This document shows, one piece after another, positions 54,736 through 58,514 of a stretch of DNA of 58,514 nucleotides. Source of the DNA: a virus (Duplodnaviria; Caudoviricetes); the IMG/VR virus record IMGVR_UViG_3300032157_000372, positions 1 to 58,514 of that record; one strand, given 5' to 3'. Below the pieces are notes generated by a model. It had not been told where the DNA came from, did not search any database, and saw nothing but the letters and a program-made list of their open reading frames with translations. Both the position numbers and the translations under genes were made by a program. Numbering within the stretch: position 1 is the stretch's first letter; the number at the start of each line of letters is the position of its first letter.

Positions 54736-56067
54736 ATGACCTACACGGGATTCCGGTTCACCGGGCTCAACGCGGTGGCCACTCGGCCGGCCGACAAAGC
54801 GCAGGCTGTCGCCGGCAACGTGTGGGCGCGCGACCGCACGAGCGTCGGCGCCGACGACGGCACCGAGCTCGACGCGACGACCCTCAATCGCCTCAAGGCG
54901 AACCTCGAGGGCTTCGTCGCTGGCCTGGGCGGCAACCTCGGCGACGGCGACGACCAGCTCAAGAACGCGGCCATAGCCTACGTGGCGGCGCAGCTCGCGA
55001 GCTTTGCGCCGCTCGCGTCGCCTGCTCTTACTGGCATCCCCACCGCACCGACGGCGACGCTGGGCACGAACACGACGCAGATCGCCACGATGGCGGCGCT
55101 GCAGGCGGCGATCGCGGCGCTCCTCGACGCTCCGCCCGGCGCGCTCGACACGCTCAACGAGCTCGCCGCTGCGCTGGGCGACGACGCCAACTTCGCTGCG
55201 ACGGTGACGGCCGCGCTCGCGCTCAAGGCGCCGCTCGCCTCGCCTGCGCTTACCGGCGATCCAACCGCGCCGACCCAGTCGCCGGGCAACAACTCGACGC
55301 GGATTGCGACCACGGCTTACGTGATAGCAGAACTGGCGGGCGTCTCGGCGTTGTCGTTCAACGGCCGCAACGGCGCCGTCACGATGCAGGACTCGGATCT
55401 CGCCGCGAGCCTGATGCCCTCCGTTTCCGTCGCCTCGGCGGCGACCTGCGACGTGCTCGGCGCGGCGAGCCTGCTCGTCACCGTCACCGGCTCCACCGGT
55501 CCGATCACGAGCTTCGGCACCGGCACCAACCGTTTGCGCTGGGTCAAGTTCGCCTCGACGCCGACCGTCAACCACAACGCCACGAGCCTGATCACGCCGA
55601 CCGGCGGCAACATCGCGGTCGCGGCCGGCGACACCTGGCTCATTCGCTCCGACGGATCGAGCAACGTCACGGTGCTGGCCATTCACAAGGCCAACGGCCA
55701 CGCGGCGGTGGAGGTGCTCTCGTCGAGCTACGTCTCGGCCGACCAGACGATCACGTCCGCCGGGACGCTCACGCTGGCGCATGGCCTCGGCGTCAAGCCG
55801 AAGATGATCGAGTTCACGCTGATCTGCCAGTCGGCCGAGTTCAACTTCTCGGTCGGCGACGAGATATTCTGCGGCCCGGCCGGCGGCGTCGTCGGCGGCA
55901 CCAGCGGCAATCCGGCAACCGGCATTGCGGTCAAGGCCGACGCCACCAACCTCACGCTCCGCTTCGGGTCCGGCACCAACGTCTTCCAGATGCAGAATTT
56001 CACGAGCGGCGTGATCCAGGTGCTCACGAATGCCAACTGGAAACTGCAGGTGAGGGCCTACGCATGA
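54736..56067 (+). CDS. Tail fibre 2
   Basis: APLASPALTG.PTAPT repeats, LDTLNELAAALGDD, LAHGLGVKP. Confidence 0.85.
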   Translation: MTYTGFRFTGLNAVATRPADKAQAVAGNVWARDRTSVGADDGTELDATTLNRLKANLEGFVAGLGGNLGDGDDQLKNAAIAYVAAQLASFAPLASPALTGIPTAPTATLGTNTTQIATMAALQAAIAALLDAPPGALDTLNELAAALGDDANFAATVTAALALKAPLASPALTGDPTAPTQSPGNNSTRIATTAYVIAELAGVSALSFNGRNGAVTMQDSDLAASLMPSVSVASAATCDVLGAASLLVTVTGSTGPITSFGTGTNRLRWVKFASTPTVNHNATSLITPTGGNIAVAAGDTWLIRSDGSSNVTVLAIHKANGHAAVEVLSSSYVSADQTITSAGTLTLAHGLGVKPKMIEFTLICQSAEFNFSVGDEIFCGPAGGVVGGTSGNPATGIAVKADATNLTLRFGSGTNVFQMQNFTSGVIQVLTNANWKLQVRAYA

Positions 56068-56591
56068 CGACGAAATATTATGTCGACGCGAACGGCGCCT
56101 ACCTCGGCGGCTTCGTCTCGCTCACGCGCGGCGATGAGGTGTTCCAGCCGGCCGTGCCCGAGGGCGCGATCGAAGTCGAGGCGCCGCCGGCCGACGGCCG
56201 CATGGTATGGACCGGCAGCGCCTGGACGAGGCCCAAATTCATGCTCGCCGAGTATGCGGCCGGCAAGCGGCGCGCGCTCGTCAACGGCGCGGCGACGATC
56301 AACGTCGGCGAGCGGTCTATTCCGACCTGGCTCGATCCCGAGAGCCGCGGCGCGGTCACGGGCCTCGTCGTCGCCTCGACCCTCGTCGAGGGCCTAACCG
56401 CGCCCTGGAAAGGCGCCGACGGGGATTTCTACACGCTGACCACGGCCGAGATCACCGCGCTCGCGCTCGGCATGATGGGCTTCGTGCAGGCCGCGTTCGC
56501 GACCGAAGCTGCGGTCATCGCCGCCATCGACGCCGAGACCATCACGACCGCGGCCGCGGTCGACGCCGCCGCGTGGCCGGCCGGGCTCTGA
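56064..56591 (+). CDS. Tail fibre assembly protein (DUF4376-like)
   Basis: YYVDANGAYLG, WKGADG.F..L, VQAAFATE. Confidence 0.75.
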   Translation: MTTKYYVDANGAYLGGFVSLTRGDEVFQPAVPEGAIEVEAPPADGRMVWTGSAWTRPKFMLAEYAAGKRRALVNGAATINVGERSIPTWLDPESRGAVTGLVVASTLVEGLTAPWKGADGDFYTLTTAEITALALGMMGFVQAAFATEAAVIAAIDAETITTAAAVDAAAWPAGL

Positions 56592-56614
56592 CGCAATCGA
56601 TCGAGGGGAAACAC

Positions 56615-57463
56615 ATGCACATGCGCATCTCCGCGCACGGCCTCGCTTTGGCCAAGGGATTCGAGAGCTTCGTGCCCTACGTCTACGACGACAAGGTCGC
56701 GCCGATCCGCGGCAAATATCGCGAGTGGCGCCGCGGCGATCCTATCCGCGGCACGCTCACGATCGGCTACGGCCACACGGACGCGGCGAAATTCGACCTC
56801 GGCTTCAAGCTTGCCGACGTGCCGGCAGGTTTCCGCATCACGGAAGCCGAGGCCTGCGAGATCCTCGACGTCGACCTCGACGAATGCGAGCAGGCGGTGA
56901 ACGACCTGGTCAAGGTGCCGCTCAGGCAAGGCGAGTTCGACTCGGTCGTCGACCTCACCTTCAATTTCGGCACCGGCAACCTGCGGAAATCGACGCTGCT
57001 CGCCCGCCTCAACCGCGGCGACAAGAAGGGCGCGCGCGCCGCCTTCGACCTCTACGTCAAGTCAAAAGGCGAGTTCATGCGCGGCCTGCAGCGCCGCCGC
57101 GACGCCGAGCAGCTCCTCTGGGACGAGGAGATCCCGGTCGTGCCGACTGAGCCCGTGCATCACCCGGCCGAGGTCGACCACGTCGAGGTCGTCGAGCCGC
57201 CGGCGAGCATGGTGCAGAGCTCCGAGGGCAACGCGGCCGTCCTCACCTCCGGCACGGGCGCGACGGGCGTCTCGCTCGAGATGTCGCGCGCGGCCGAGAA
57301 GGTCGCGGCCAAGGGCGCCGACGGCGTGCTCGACTACGTGGGCCAGCTCGCGATGGCGCTCCTCGCCTCGCCGACGTTCTGGATGTCGGCGCTCGTCATG
57401 GCGTCGGGTGCCTATCTCTGGTTCCGGCGCCGCTCGTGGTTCCTGGCGCAGCGGGGAGGCTGA
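56615..57463 (+). CDS. GH24 lysozyme (endolysin) with C-terminal hydrophobic helix
   Basis: FESF...YDD, TIGYGHT, FNFG.G, STLL..LN, GLQRRRDAE. Confidence 0.9.
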   Translation: MHMRISAHGLALAKGFESFVPYVYDDKVAPIRGKYREWRRGDPIRGTLTIGYGHTDAAKFDLGFKLADVPAGFRITEAEACEILDVDLDECEQAVNDLVKVPLRQGEFDSVVDLTFNFGTGNLRKSTLLARLNRGDKKGARAAFDLYVKSKGEFMRGLQRRRDAEQLLWDEEIPVVPTEPVHHPAEVDHVEVVEPPASMVQSSEGNAAVLTSGTGATGVSLEMSRAAEKVAAKGADGVLDYVGQLAMALLASPTFWMSALVMASGAYLWFRRRSWFLAQRGG

Positions 57464-57466
57464 GAC

Positions 57467-57868
57467 ATGTTCGGGATTGATCTCGCCGCCTGGCTCGCAG
57501 GAAGCGCGCTGGGCCGCTTCTGGAACAAGGACACCGCGAAGGCGATCGCCGTCGTTGTGGTCGCGCTCGCCGTGCTCATCGGCGGCATTCTCGTCTGGCG
57601 CGCGATCGGCGCCGCCGCCGTCGCGGCCAATGATGCCGGCTGGCGCGCGAAGGCCGCCGCCGCCGCCTACGCCGAGCGCGGCCGCCAGCTCGCTGTCAAC
57701 AGCCGTGCCGAAGCCGCCGCCGCCGCCGAGCGCGAGGTCTACGTCGGCCAGATCCGCGACATGGCCGAGCATGCCGTCACGCTCGAGGCCGAGCTCGCCC
57801 GCCTCAAGGGCGTCGACGGCGATCCGATCATCTATCCGAAGTCGCTCGCAAGGGAGCTGCGCAAATGA
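57467..57868 (+). CDS. Rz-like inner-membrane spanin
   Basis: N-terminal TM plus coiled coil, after endolysin. Confidence 0.7.
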   Translation: MFGIDLAAWLAGSALGRFWNKDTAKAIAVVVVALAVLIGGILVWRAIGAAAVAANDAGWRAKAAAAAYAERGRQLAVNSRAEAAAAAEREVYVGQIRDMAEHAVTLEAELARLKGVDGDPIIYPKSLARELRK

Positions 57869-58212
57869 AGATCGGCAACAGGCAACAGGCAATAGGCATC
57901 CGGGCGCTCGCTGCTGCCTGCTGCCTGCTGCCTCTCTTTCTCGCCGGCTGCGCGAACGGCGACGTGCCGGTCGACTGGCTCGCGCTGACCGAGGCCGAGC
58001 CCGCGCCGGCGCCGTCGCTCCCCGCCGAGTGCGTGTCGAAGGATCGCGCCTGGACAGACGTGCCCGACGCCGACGTCACGCGCTCGCAGGGCGCTGCGAA
58101 CCTCGATCGCAACAAGCGGGCCTACAAGGAGCTGATCGCCAAGCGGCGCATCTGCACGGCCGCGCTGCGCGAGCAATTCCCGACCGCGTGGGCCGTGAGC
58201 GTCAATAAGTGA
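57865..58212 (+). CDS. Rz1-like outer-membrane lipoprotein spanin
   Basis: Lipobox LAGC, Pro-rich segment, extra Cys. Confidence 0.7.
   Translation: MKIGNRQQAIGIRALAAACCLLPLFLAGCANGDVPVDWLALTEAEPAPAPSLPAECVSKDRAWTDVPDADVTRSQGAANLDRNKRAYKELIAKRRICTAALREQFPTAWAVSVNK
57874..57934. repeat. Heptamer inverted-repeat element inside lipoprotein signal peptide
   Basis: (GGCAACA)2 GGCAATA...(CTGCCTG)2 CTGCCTC. Confidence 0.85.
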
Positions 58213-58235
58213 AGCTGATCCTGGAGGGGGAACCC

Positions 58236-58514
58236 ATGGACAAGAGAAAGCTCGAAGCCTTCGGCGCGATCGCGCTGGGCATCGCGGTCATGCTCATCGG
58301 CGTCAAGATGGCGATCACGTATGCGAGCGCGCCCGACGTTGCTGTCGTCGCCGCAGACACGCCCGCGCCCGTCATGATGGCGACGCAGGGCGAGGTCGAC
58401 GACCTGCGCCTCTCGCTCGGCGCCGCCACGGCCGCGATCGAGCTCATGGACGCGCGCGTCGCCCGGATCGAGGCCGAGATCAAGAAAGCCGCCGCCAAGA
58501 AATCGAAGCGCTGA
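58236..58514 (+). CDS. Membrane-anchored coiled-coil protein
   Basis: GGAGGGGG RBS; TM FGAIALGIAVMLIGV. Confidence 0.6.
   Translation: MDKRKLEAFGAIALGIAVMLIGVKMAITYASAPDVAVVAADTPAPVMMATQGEVDDLRLSLGAATAAIELMDARVARIEAEIKKAAAKKSKR

Larger units (their letters stand above)
1..58514. mobile_element. Temperate prophage with lambda-like head and Mu-like contractile tail
   Basis: Integrase, repressor/cro, replication, terminase, portal, capsid, sheath/tube, baseplate, fibre and lysis genes in lambdoid order; att ends not visible. Confidence 0.97.

Noticed and set aside
55006-55273. Duplicated APLASPALTG.PTAPT DNA segment
   Set aside because: An ordinary phage tail fibre repeat.
52755-56067. Diversity-generating retroelement or invertible fibre cassette
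   Set aside because: No reverse transcriptase, no TR/VR pair differing at adenines, and no invertase seen.

Overview
The window is a near-complete, GC-rich temperate prophage, probably from an alphaproteobacterial host. It runs from the integrase stop codon to the lysis cassette; no att sites are visible. Gene order: integrase/xis; a leftward early operon, with one gene split by an IS1595-family element that has an 8-bp target duplication; the immunity region (WYL-like plus secreted-protein moron, XRE repressor, cro, ATGCC-N5-GGCAT operators); about 700 nt of structured non-coding sequence containing a tRNA-Met(CAT); a replication initiator with iterons and a DnaA-N-like domain; two DNA methyltransferases, a PD-(D/E)xK nuclease and an SNF2 helicase; a late promoter and terminator; a fibre-like module; a lambda-like cos site; lambda-type head genes; a Mu-type contractile tail with a -1 frameshift chaperone; two tail fibres; endolysin and spanins. 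The most unusual features are: (i) a 1110-aa Ala/Lys-rich protein between portal and protease, with SAP/Rho-N-like motifs and four internal signal-peptide-like segments; (ii) structured RNA regions after the first gene of both early operons; (iii) heptamer and palindromic repeat elements inserted in frame into genes; (iv) a four-gene fibre module with 21-aa repeats upstream of cos; (v) an orphan HigA-N-like peptide. All product calls come from motif recognition and synteny; no database search was run.
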